From contig CACLFQ010000001.1 of the NCBI GenBank assembly GCA_902606255.1, forward strand, positions 28,074-92,073: 64,000 bases of DNA. Reading direction: 5' to 3'. The notes under the pieces were generated by a model, which searched no databases, was not told the DNA's origin, and saw only the letters and a list, made by a program, of their open reading frames with translations. The position numbers and the translations under genes are program-made. The DNA comes from an uncultured Prochlorococcus sp. Its GTDB lineage: Bacteria; Cyanobacteriota; Cyanobacteriia; PCC-6307; Cyanobiaceae. This document shows positions 55,043 through 64,000 of the stretch, in pieces (the stretch's first letter is position 1; every line of letters begins with the position of its first letter).

Positions 55043-56272
55043 GTGTCTCATTCTCTACTATTTATATGCAATGGTCATGGAGAAGATGTTATCGCATTTG
55101 AAATAATAAAAAGATTACTAAAAAAAATAAGAAATAAAAATATTGAAGTTTTGCCTTTAGTAGGCAGTGGAGATGTATTTAATTCCATAAAATCAAATAA
55201 TTTTCGTAAAATAGGACATTTAAAAGAGCTGCCTAGTGGAGGTTTTAGTAATCAAAGTCTGAAGGGATTTTTGCTTGATTTGTTTGCAGGATATTTAGTT
55301 GATAATTTAAGAAATTTTTTACTTATAAAACAAAAGTCAAAACAGAATTGCAAAATTATCGCAGTAGGAGATTTCTTGCCATTACTTTACGCTTGGAGTT
55401 CAGAATGCGAATTTAGTTTTATTGGAACTCCCAAAAGTGATCATACTTGGAGTAGTGGGCCCGGTTGGGATTTGAGCGATTTTTATCATAAGTTGAAAGG
55501 TTCTGAATGGGATCCATGGGAAACTTTTTTAATGACATCTCCAAGATGTAAAAATTTAATTATGAGAGATAAAATCACAGCTATTAATTTGAATAGAAAA
55601 AATATTGATGCAAAATACTTGGGTAATCCAATGATGGATTTTGTTAATGCAACAAATGAGAAGATATCAAATATTATTTCTTTTAAAAGAATTATTTTGT
55701 TAGTTGGAAGTAGATACCCTGAAGCTCTTAAAAATCTTGATAATTTTCTTAATTGTTTGCAAGATTTTCATTTATCAGAGAATTTGGTAATACTTTTGCC
55801 TTTGAGCATTAATGCGAGTGTGATGAAAATTCAAAGTTATTTAAATAAATATGGTTTTATAAAACAGAGTAAAGTTAAATTTTTAATTGATGAAGATTCA
55901 GTATGGAAAAAGAATGATCAATATGTAGTAATTGGAAAAGGTAAATTCAATTTATGGGCCAATATGGCAGAAGTTGGCTTGTCTAATGCAGGAACTGCCA
56001 CAGAGCAAATTGCTGGCCTTGGAATTCCATCTCTTTCTCTACCTGGTTCTGGACCACAATTTACAAAATCATTCGCAAAAAGGCAATCAAGATTATTGGG
56101 AGGTAGTGTCTTAGTTTGCAAGAATAAAAAAATTCTTTTAAAACGTTTAAGTTTACTTTTGAAAGAAAAATTTGATAGGTTAGAACAAGCAAAAATTGGA
56201 AAAAAAAGAATGGGGGAATCTGGAGCAAGTCAGAAAATTGTAGATTCCATAAACCTTCATTTGTTATCTTAG
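55043..56272 (+). CDS. Lipid-A-disaccharide synthase-related protein (cyanobacterial GT-B family)
   Basis: FICNGHGED, LPLVG, LPSGGF, GNPMMD, LLVGSR, AGTATEQ, PGSGPQFT; start moved to GTG 55043 because the upstream ORF part is antisense tRNA-Cys. Confidence 0.85.
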   Translation: MSHSLLFICNGHGEDVIAFEIIKRLLKKIRNKNIEVLPLVGSGDVFNSIKSNNFRKIGHLKELPSGGFSNQSLKGFLLDLFAGYLVDNLRNFLLIKQKSKQNCKIIAVGDFLPLLYAWSSECEFSFIGTPKSDHTWSSGPGWDLSDFYHKLKGSEWDPWETFLMTSPRCKNLIMRDKITAINLNRKNIDAKYLGNPMMDFVNATNEKISNIISFKRIILLVGSRYPEALKNLDNFLNCLQDFHLSENLVILLPLSINASVMKIQSYLNKYGFIKQSKVKFLIDEDSVWKKNDQYVVIGKGKFNLWANMAEVGLSNAGTATEQIAGLGIPSLSLPGSGPQFTKSFAKRQSRLLGGSVLVCKNKKILLKRLSLLLKEKFDRLEQAKIGKKRMGESGASQKIVDSINLHLLS

Positions 56273-56307
56273 TAAATGGCACTAGTGAATTAATTATTTA
56301 TTCTTTT

Positions 56308-56574
56308 ATGTATCCAATAAATGATCGGCAATATCTAAAAATTTGTGCGGAGATTGCAAAACTTATGAGCATAAGCTTATCTTCTGCTAAGAAGAAAGTA
56401 GAAATTCAAATTGCAAAAGAAGGCTCGAAAACTATTCCAGAAAAAATACAAGTTGCGCAAAATGTCTTAGAAATTTGTGAAAAAAATGATGGAGATAAAT
56501 TAAGTTCTTCAAGAATACTTGATAAGCTTATGGAAACTCTTGATGGTGAAGATAATTTTTTAACTGAAGATTGA
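56308..56574 (+). CDS. Conserved hypothetical protein
   Basis: 88 aa ATG ORF, helical, acidic tail NFLTED. Confidence 0.75.
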   Translation: MYPINDRQYLKICAEIAKLMSISLSSAKKKVEIQIAKEGSKTIPEKIQVAQNVLEICEKNDGDKLSSSRILDKLMETLDGEDNFLTED

Positions 56575-56577
56575 TTC

Positions 56578-57213
56578 TTAATGTTCAAATATATTTGAGA
56601 ATTTTTGTATATCTAAATCAGCATGTACAGAAACTGTTTCGAAACATTTTTGAGCTAATTCATATCTATTCTCTCTTTCTAAGATAACTTTTAATTTATG
56701 CATAGCTTCAATTAAATATCTAACATCATTTGCTGCATAATTTAATTGATCTTTGGTTAAATCTTGGTTGCTGCCCCAATCACTGCTTTGTGAGCTTTTG
56801 TCTAATTCTATACCTAATAATTCATTAATTAAATCTTTTAAACCGTGTTTATTGGTATAAGTTCTTGCTAGCTTACTAGCAATTTTTGTACAAAAAATAT
56901 TTTTTGTATTAATTTCAAGATTGCATTTTAGAGCTGCTACATCAAATCTTGCATAATGAAAGATTTTAGTAATTTTGTCATCTTCAAGAAGTGCTCTTAA
57001 GTGAGGTGAAGAAGATGTGTTAAGTTCTATTTTTATACAGGATGTTTTTTTAAATTCATTGCATATTTGTACCAAACAGAGCCTATCTCTGCCATGAATC
57101 AACCCCATTGCTTCAGTGTCAATAGCTAGGAAAGATGATTTTTTATAAAGATTGTATAAATCTGCTGTTAAGTCATTATAAAGAAGATCAATATTTTTGT
57201 TTTCAATAGTCAT
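56578..57213 (-). CDS. rnd: Ribonuclease D-like 3'-5' exonuclease (DEDDy)
   Basis: AIDTEAMGL, IFHYARFDV, SSDW, YAANDV. Confidence 0.9.
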   Translation of the reverse strand: MTIENKNIDLLYNDLTADLYNLYKKSSFLAIDTEAMGLIHGRDRLCLVQICNEFKKTSCIKIELNTSSSPHLRALLEDDKITKIFHYARFDVAALKCNLEINTKNIFCTKIASKLARTYTNKHGLKDLINELLGIELDKSSQSSDWGSNQDLTKDQLNYAANDVRYLIEAMHKLKVILERENRYELAQKCFETVSVHADLDIQKFSNIFEH

Positions 57214-57387
57214 TTTTAATAATTATTTAAAGTCATTTAAGATAATTTAAGATTTAAAATATTACTGAAGATTTGATTAAATTAAGGATTTTTATCTAAT
57301 AAGATTATTTTACAGAATAAATCTAAAAAATTATAATATGATGTAACTTTAATTTTTATTCTCGAGTTACTAGAAAAAATTTATTTA

Positions 57388-57945
57388 ATGTCCTATTACT
57401 TAAATTCAACATTATTGCTGACAATTCTTTTAGCCATAGGATTATTTTTTTTTCTTAGAGCTTCGAGTAAAGATAGAACAACCATCGTTGAGATTTCATC
57501 TTCTCAACAGCCAGTTAAGGTTTTAAATGGTTTATGTGAATGGCTTAATTTGAGGGGATGGAAGCAAACGGGAGGAGATTTTGAACAAAGAATCTTAATA
57601 TTTAAAGGACAAGTTGTTTCTAGTAAATTTTTAGCAATTTTTTTAGGTCTTCTTGGTGGTTTTGGTTCTTGTGCTTTGGGATTAGTAATTATTCAAATAT
57701 ATCCTGAATTAGGTTGGTGGCCTATTCTTTTAGGATTAATTGGTGGCCCTTTGTCTGGAATTATTTATTTTAAAAAATCAGCAAGAGAGGAGAAATTTGA
57801 ATTAAGATTGATTAACGAAAATGAAAATGATTCAACTTTCATGAGATTAAGGGCGCATAGGGATGAATTAATCTCTTTAGAAAATGAACTTGGAGAAAAA
57901 CTTCAATTAAAAAGTGACGGTTCTTTATTTAAAACACCTATTTAA
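57388..57945 (+). CDS. Cofactor assembly of complex C subunit B (CCB1-like)
   Basis: STLLLTILLAIGLFFFLRASSKDRT, AHRDEL. Confidence 0.82.
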   Translation: MSYYLNSTLLLTILLAIGLFFFLRASSKDRTTIVEISSSQQPVKVLNGLCEWLNLRGWKQTGGDFEQRILIFKGQVVSSKFLAIFLGLLGGFGSCALGLVIIQIYPELGWWPILLGLIGGPLSGIIYFKKSAREEKFELRLINENENDSTFMRLRAHRDELISLENELGEKLQLKSDGSLFKTPI

Positions 57946-57973
57946 TATACTTTAAAAAGTTATTCGATAATTT

Positions 57974-59002
57974 TTAATCAAAGATATTATTCTCTACACA
58001 GAATTTCTCTAACTCTTTATCGTTTAACCAATCTTGGGGTTTTGTAAAAATTGATGTAAGAAATTCCTCTCGAGAACCCTTTTCAGCTTTATATCCATAT
58101 TCCCATCTGGCTAGAGGCGGTAAGGACATTAATATAGATTCAGTCCTGCCGTTTGTTTGTAGTCCAAAAATTGTCCCTCTATCCCAAACTAAATTGAATT
58201 CGACATATCTACCTCTTCGATATAGCTGGAATTCTCTTTCATGAGAAGTATATTTTTGAGAAGCTCTGTTTTCAATAATTGGTAGATAAGAAGGTAGGAA
58301 TGCTCTCCCACAGTTTTCTGCTAAAGAAAATAAATCATCCCAATTTAAATAAGATTTGCCAATATTTTGTGAAGCTTTTGATGCCTCTCCATTTTTATTA
58401 TTTCCTTTATAAATATTGTCTGACCCATCTTGATAATCATAAAAAATACCTCCTATGCCCCTAGATTCATTTCTGTGTTTTAAGTAGAAATATTCATCAC
58501 ACCAAGGTTTGAAAACTTTATGTAAATGCTTATCAACTTTTTCACAAGCTTTTTTATGCTCCTTATGAAAATTTCTAACATCAGAAAGATAAGGATAAAA
58601 GGGGGTTAAGTCCGCACCTCCGCCAAACCACCAAACAGGACCAGCTTCGAAATAACGATAATTCAAATGAACTGTAGGGATATAAGGATTCTTTGGATGC
58701 AATACCATAGAAGTCCCTGTGGCAAACCATTCATGACCTTTTGCTTCTGGCCTTTGAGAGATTATTGATTGAGGTAATTCTTTCCCTTGTACTTCAGAAA
58801 AATTTACTCCTGCTTGCTCAAAAATAGAACCGTTTTTAAATACTCTTGATCTTCCACCACCACCTTCGTCTCTTATCCAGGATTCTTCGATGAATTTCCC
58901 TTTGCCATCTATATTTTCAAGGCCTGAACAAATTTTGTCTTGTAGAGTTAATAAGAGATTTTTAGTTTTTTCTCTCGAGTTTTTAGGAGGTTCTCTGAAC
59001 AT
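57974..59002 (-). CDS. hemF: Oxygen-dependent coproporphyrinogen III oxidase
   Basis: [44 protein letters not shown]. Confidence 0.98.
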   Translation of the reverse strand: MFREPPKNSREKTKNLLLTLQDKICSGLENIDGKGKFIEESWIRDEGGGGRSRVFKNGSIFEQAGVNFSEVQGKELPQSIISQRPEAKGHEWFATGTSMVLHPKNPYIPTVHLNYRYFEAGPVWWFGGGADLTPFYPYLSDVRNFHKEHKKACEKVDKHLHKVFKPWCDEYFYLKHRNESRGIGGIFYDYQDGSDNIYKGNNKNGEASKASQNIGKSYLNWDDLFSLAENCGRAFLPSYLPIIENRASQKYTSHEREFQLYRRGRYVEFNLVWDRGTIFGLQTNGRTESILMSLPPLARWEYGYKAEKGSREEFLTSIFTKPQDWLNDKELEKFCVENNIFD

Positions 59003-59160
59003 GTATTTAGTAAATCTTGAAGAAAAAAAATTTCTGATTAATTATAAGTTTCCCTTTATAATTTCTCTTAGGGGGTCCTTATTTACTATTATTTGATAGT
59101 TCGACATAGTTCTTAATCTTTTAAACAGTCGACTACTTTGTCAAAATATTTAAAAATTTA

Positions 59161-60231
59161 ATGACCACAATAGAAGATGCGAATTTTGCTTTACAAAAGG
59201 TTCTAGATGCTGGATCAAAGAAAAATGTAATTGAATTAGCTTGGATTAAAAATGTTAGGGTAACTATACCAAGAGTAATCGTAACACTATCATTACCATC
59301 ATTCGCAAATTCTCAGAGAGATAGAATTGTACAAGAGGTCCGAAAAGAACTGCTTGGTTTTGAAGATATTGATGATGTTCAAATAGAGATAGATAATAAT
59401 CCTTCTAAAACAGAATCTAAAACTCAAGGTAATGCCCCCGAGTTGCAGAAGATTGATGGCATTCAACACATCATAGCTGTTAGCAGTGGTAAAGGCGGAG
59501 TTGGAAAAAGTACCATAGCAGTTAATCTCGCTTGTTCTTTAGCTAAATTAGGCTTAAAAACTGGTTTACTGGATGCGGATATATATGGACCCAATACTCC
59601 TTCAATGATGGGGGTTGCCGAACAGAATCCAAAGGTTACAGAGGGTAGTGGAAGTGATCAAAGATTAATACCAATAAATAAATATGGAATTTCATTGGTA
59701 TCAATGGGTTTCCTGATAGAAGAAGGTCAGCCAGTTATATGGAGAGGACCAATGCTTAATAGTATTATCCGTCAATTTCTCTACCAAGTTGAATGGAATG
59801 ATCTTGATTTTTTGATTATTGACTTGCCTCCAGGAACAGGAGATGCTCAAATATCCCTTTCTCAATCTGTGCCTATTTCTGGAGCTATTGTTGTCACTAC
59901 TCCTCAACAAGTATCTTTGCAAGATGCAAGGAGGGGATTAGCAATGTTTAAACAACTTGGTGTACCTTTATTAGGAATTGTAGAAAATATGTCAGTCTTT
60001 ATTCCACCAGATATGCCAAATAAAAAATATGAAATTTTTGGTAAAGGTGGTGGACAAACATTAGCTAAAGAAAATGATTTACCATTATTAGCTCAAATTC
60101 CTATTGAAATTCCACTTGTTGATGAAAGCAATAAAGGAATACCAATCTCAATAAGTCAGCCAAATAAAGAAAGTTCTGCTGAATTTGGTAATTTAGCTCA
60201 ATTAATTAAGAATCAATTTGTTAATAGATAA
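59161..60231 (+). CDS. mrp: Mrp/NBP35 family Fe-S cluster carrier ATPase
   Basis: SGKGGVGKST, DADIYGP, WRGPM, DLPPGTGD, VENMS. Confidence 0.95.
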   Translation: MTTIEDANFALQKVLDAGSKKNVIELAWIKNVRVTIPRVIVTLSLPSFANSQRDRIVQEVRKELLGFEDIDDVQIEIDNNPSKTESKTQGNAPELQKIDGIQHIIAVSSGKGGVGKSTIAVNLACSLAKLGLKTGLLDADIYGPNTPSMMGVAEQNPKVTEGSGSDQRLIPINKYGISLVSMGFLIEEGQPVIWRGPMLNSIIRQFLYQVEWNDLDFLIIDLPPGTGDAQISLSQSVPISGAIVVTTPQQVSLQDARRGLAMFKQLGVPLLGIVENMSVFIPPDMPNKKYEIFGKGGGQTLAKENDLPLLAQIPIEIPLVDESNKGIPISISQPNKESSAEFGNLAQLIKNQFVNR

Positions 60232-60234
60232 TTG

Positions 60235-61503
60235 ATGTTTAAGAGAATTTCTTTATTAAATAAGAGAGGATTTTTCCCAAAAAAAGACAACTTTAGTAAA
60301 GGTTTTTTATTTTCTCCACTACTTTTAATTCCCCTGTTTTTAGTTATTATTTCTGGTTTATTAATAAAAAGTATTCAGGGAGATTTAATTGCATCAAATT
60401 ATTCAAGTCATATCTTAACTGGTTTTTTAGGTTATTTTTTAGCATTTTTTATTTCTTATATACCTTTAGAGAGAATTAGAAAATATTTGATTCCACTCTA
60501 TTTTTGTACTTTAATATCCTTATTACTAATTTATTTTTTTGGGATCTCAGTTTCTGGAGCTCAAAGATGGCTAAATTTGGGCATCTTTTCTTTTCAGCCT
60601 TCAGAAGTTGCTAAATTAAGCACTGTATTAACTCTTGCCTTAGTACTCGACAAAAAAATAATTTCAAAAATAAGAGATTTAATATTTCCTTTATTAGTAG
60701 TAATTGTTCCTTGGTTATTAATTTTTTTTCAACCGGACTTGGGTACTTCTTTAGTTTTACTTGTTTTGACAGGTGTTATGCTCTATTGGTCGCATATGCC
60801 CATAGAGTGGATTTTGATATTAGTGTTTTGTATTATCACTTCTACATTATATTTAACCTTACCAAGTCTTCTTATTTTCTGGATTCCAATTATAGGATAT
60901 CTTGCTTATAGATCTTCGAAAAAGAAAATTATTTTTTCTGCTCTCGCTATTTCGTTCCATTTATTTGTGGCAAAATTGACACCAATTTTGTGGAAATATG
61001 GATTAAAAGAATATCAAAAAGATAGATTAGTTTTATTTTTAGATCCAAATAGAGATCCATTAGGTGGTGGATATCATTTGATACAGAGTCAAATTGCTAT
61101 TGGTTCTGGCGGATTATTTGGGACTGGTTTGCTACGAGGTAAGCTTACTAATTTGCAATTTATACCAGAACAACATACTGATTTTATATTCAGTGCATTA
61201 GGCGAAGAATTGGGTTTTGTGGGATGCATAATAGTTTTATTTTTGTTCTTTTTTTTGATTAAAAAACTTATTGATACTGCAACAATTGCAAGGAGTAACT
61301 TTGAATCTCTAATTGTTATTGGAATAGCCTCAACTTTTTTATTCCAAATAATTATTAACTTATTTATGACTGTTGGATTAGGACCAGTTACTGGAATTCC
61401 CCTTCCTTTTATGAGCTATGGTCGAACGTCATTGGTGACTAATTTTATATCTGTTGGATTTGTTTTATCTATATTGAAACGATCTAGATCACTAAGAAAT
61501 TGA
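60235..61503 (+). CDS. rodA: Rod shape-determining protein RodA (SEDS)
   Basis: GAQRW, QPSEVAK, QPDLGT, PEQHTDFIFS, TGIPLPFMSYG. Confidence 0.93.
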   Translation: MFKRISLLNKRGFFPKKDNFSKGFLFSPLLLIPLFLVIISGLLIKSIQGDLIASNYSSHILTGFLGYFLAFFISYIPLERIRKYLIPLYFCTLISLLLIYFFGISVSGAQRWLNLGIFSFQPSEVAKLSTVLTLALVLDKKIISKIRDLIFPLLVVIVPWLLIFFQPDLGTSLVLLVLTGVMLYWSHMPIEWILILVFCIITSTLYLTLPSLLIFWIPIIGYLAYRSSKKKIIFSALAISFHLFVAKLTPILWKYGLKEYQKDRLVLFLDPNRDPLGGGYHLIQSQIAIGSGGLFGTGLLRGKLTNLQFIPEQHTDFIFSALGEELGFVGCIIVLFLFFFLIKKLIDTATIARSNFESLIVIGIASTFLFQIIINLFMTVGLGPVTGIPLPFMSYGRTSLVTNFISVGFVLSILKRSRSLRN

Positions 61504-62867
61504 TGAAATCAGTAATAACTATAAAAAAAATTCAAGACCTTTTGATTAAAGGAGTTCAAACTATATTTGTGGATGATGATACATCCAGAAGAATGTGGTG
61601 GGCTTCTTTAGAAGTTATTCAAAAAGATTTCCTATCTAAGAATTATAAACATGGGGGGATTTGGGTTGCCTCGCCTTTGCCAGCTTTTAATGATAAAAAA
61701 TTTTTAAATCAACTTAATGGATGGCTTTGGTCTCCTGAGGGGTTCCCATACTTTCAAAATGAGAACGCAGGTTTTTTACCAGTAAATAATTCAGACAAGT
61801 TAAAAAAAGATTTCGATTTAGTTAGTAATTATAAAGTCTTAAATCTTTGTCAAGAAGATGGTTATGAACCTTTTTTGATGATAATCACCCCAAATTTTCA
61901 ATGCATATTATCAATTGTAGGAGAAAAAGATAAGAAAATTCTATTAATGAAGTGTGATGAAGAAAGCCTAAAACTTTCAATTGAATTAATGCATGCAAAA
62001 TTAAATCAAGAAAATTACGAGGAAGGAGTAAAATTTCGTAATGCAATTAATAATTTAGGTAATCTTAATATTAATAATCAATTTGAAAAATTATTTTGGC
62101 CAATATTATCGGTAAAATTAGCAAATATTGCACCAAATCATAATTTACAGAATTCCGTAAAAAACGATGAAAAAAAAGTGCAAATAACTGAAGCAAAATT
62201 ATTACGTGCAATATCTCATGAAGTAAGAACGCCTTTGGCAACAATAAGAACCCTCATAAGTTCTACTTTAAAAAAATATAAGATGGACGAATCAATGAAA
62301 AATCGTTTAATTCAAATAGATAATGAATGTAATGAACAAATTGATAGGTTTGGTTTAATCTTTAATGCAGCAGAATTAGTAAGTAATGAAGTTCCGTCAT
62401 TAAATAACTTGGCAAAAATTAATTTAGCCGAAATTTTTAAAAAGCTTACTCCTTTATGGAATAAACAATTAAATCGACGTGGGATTTCTTTGAAGATTGA
62501 TATCCCCAATCAACTTCCGCAAATTTTGAGTGATTCTGAAAAATTGGAATTAATGTTAAGTGGATTAATTGATAAAAATACTAGAGGATTAAAAGAAGGT
62601 AGTACATTAATTTTAGAATTAAGACCAGCTGGTCAAAAACTTAAACTTCAATTAAAAGTACAAAAATTAGAAAGTAATCAAAAAGAAATTTTAAAAAAAG
62701 ATAACGGTTCTGATATTGGTCCTGTTTTAAATTGGAACCCTCAAACAGGTAGTTTGCAACTTAGTCAAAATGCTACTCAAAAGTTGTTAGCTAGTTTAGG
62801 AGGGCATGTCACACAAAGACGTGATGCAGGTTTGACAGTATTTTTTCCGATTTCAGATTCAAAATAA
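61503..62867 (+). CDS. Sensor histidine kinase, Hik2/CSK-like
   Basis: H-box SHEVRTPLATI; atypical ATPase end WNPQTGSLQLSQNATQKLLASLGG; soluble N-terminal domain; between rodA and psaD. Confidence 0.85.
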   Translation: MKSVITIKKIQDLLIKGVQTIFVDDDTSRRMWWASLEVIQKDFLSKNYKHGGIWVASPLPAFNDKKFLNQLNGWLWSPEGFPYFQNENAGFLPVNNSDKLKKDFDLVSNYKVLNLCQEDGYEPFLMIITPNFQCILSIVGEKDKKILLMKCDEESLKLSIELMHAKLNQENYEEGVKFRNAINNLGNLNINNQFEKLFWPILSVKLANIAPNHNLQNSVKNDEKKVQITEAKLLRAISHEVRTPLATIRTLISSTLKKYKMDESMKNRLIQIDNECNEQIDRFGLIFNAAELVSNEVPSLNNLAKINLAEIFKKLTPLWNKQLNRRGISLKIDIPNQLPQILSDSEKLELMLSGLIDKNTRGLKEGSTLILELRPAGQKLKLQLKVQKLESNQKEILKKDNGSDIGPVLNWNPQTGSLQLSQNATQKLLASLGGHVTQRRDAGLTVFFPISDSK

Positions 62868-62978
62868 AATGAGAAATAAGTTTTCCATATATTAAATAAT
62901 GTAGAAAATTTCTTATAAATTTCGAATTATGCAAAATATGAATGCTAATTTCTTATTAGAAATAACTCAAAATCAAGG

Positions 62979-63401
62979 ATGACTGAAACTTTAGTTGGTC
63001 AATTTCCAAAGCATATTGGAAGTACTGGGGGTTTATTAAACTCAGCAGAAACCGAAGAAAAATATGCAATTGTATGGAAAAGTACAAAAGAACAAGCATT
63101 TGAATTGCCCACCGGTGGAGCGGCTATTATGCTTGAAGGTGATAATTTAATGTACTTTGCAAGAAAAGAACAATGCCTTGCATTAGGGACACAATTAAGA
63201 GCCTTCAAACCAAGAATTGAAGATTTTAAAATCTACCGAATTTTCCCAGGTGGAGATATTGAATTTTTACACCCAAAAGATGGTGTTTTCCCTGAAAAAG
63301 TAAATGAAGGCAGAGAAAAAGTAGGTCATAATCCTAGAAGAATAGGTGAGAATCCTAATCCAGCTGGTTTGAAATTTACAACTAAGAATACTTTTGATTA
63401 A
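62979..63401 (+). CDS. psaD: Photosystem I reaction center subunit II
   Basis: [38 protein letters not shown]. Confidence 0.98.
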   Translation: MTETLVGQFPKHIGSTGGLLNSAETEEKYAIVWKSTKEQAFELPTGGAAIMLEGDNLMYFARKEQCLALGTQLRAFKPRIEDFKIYRIFPGGDIEFLHPKDGVFPEKVNEGREKVGHNPRRIGENPNPAGLKFTTKNTFD

Positions 63402-63461
63402 CTTCCTTGAAAGTTGATATAAAAGAAGAAAATAATTATAATTTGGGTTGAGATTATTAGT

Positions 63462-64000
63462 ATGATCAGCTCACAGAAAGATAGTTTTTTAAAAGCTTAC
63501 AAAGAAGGTAAAAATTTTATACCTATTATTCAAACTTGGCCAGCGGATTTAGAGACTCCATTGTCAACTTGGTTAAAATTATCCTCAAAAGATTCCCATG
63601 GTGTTTTTCTTGAATCAGTTGAAGGTGGCGAAAGTTTGGGTAGGTGGAGTATTGTTGCAACTAAACCTCTTTGGGAAGCCGTTTGTTATGGAGAAGAAAT
63701 AGTTAAAACTTGGAATAATGGCAAAACCGAAACACATAAAGGTGATCCATTTGATATTTTAAAAAGTTGGACAAAGGAATATAAGTCAACCATGCTTGAT
63801 GGCTTACCATCAATTGGGCAGTTATATGGCTCTTGGGGTTATGAATTAATAAATCGAATAGAACCAAGCGTTCCAATTAATGAAATATCAGAAAACAATA
63901 TTCCCTATGGTTCCTGGATGTTTTTTGATCAGTTAGTTGTTTTTGATCAAATAAAAAGATGTATTACTGCAGTGGTTTATGCAGATACAACTTCTTCAAA
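63462..64000 (+). CDS. trpE: Anthranilate synthase component I (5' part, runs off window)
   Basis: Manual translation MISSQKDSF...WPADLETPLSTWLKL...FLESVEGGESLGRWS...GSWGYE. Confidence 0.92.
   Translation, partial: MISSQKDSFLKAYKEGKNFIPIIQTWPADLETPLSTWLKLSSKDSHGVFLESVEGGESLGRWSIVATKPLWEAVCYGEEIVKTWNNGKTETHKGDPFDILKSWTKEYKSTMLDGLPSIGQLYGSWGYELINRIEPSVPINEISENNIPYGSWMFFDQLVVFDQIKRCITAVVYADTTSS

Overview
Low-GC window from a streamlined marine picocyanobacterium, most consistent with a high-light Prochlorococcus (psaC, psaD, ndhS, ho1-pebA-pebB, short spacers, frequent gene overlaps). About 62 kb is densely packed core genome: secA, cysE, infC, miaA, gyrB, a crcB pair, mgtE, a group 2 sigma factor, ahcY, mreBCD, srrA, lysS, smpB, ruvB, TPP riboswitch-thiC, tkt, fabF, acpP, psaC, glmS, rnc, rnpB, tRNA-Arg(CCT), glgP, icd, panC-cmk, purM, tRNA-Cys(GCA), hemF, mrp, rodA, a Hik2-like kinase, psaD and the start of trpE. 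The only accessory-looking part is the left ~2.2 kb: a secreted trypsin-like serine protease missed by the ORF track because it runs off the edge, a ~500 bp very AT-rich spacer and an NTF2/SnoaL-like gene. I found no CRISPR array, integrase, transposase, prophage or defence system, and nothing I can support as a new multi-gene system. The best leads are fine-scale: the atypical protease, a TPP riboswitch with an altered pyrophosphate pocket, a degenerate Fluc heterodimer, a probable poly-A frameshift at the end of lysS, a candidate LexA box at ruvB, and several Cys-rich proteins of unknown function.
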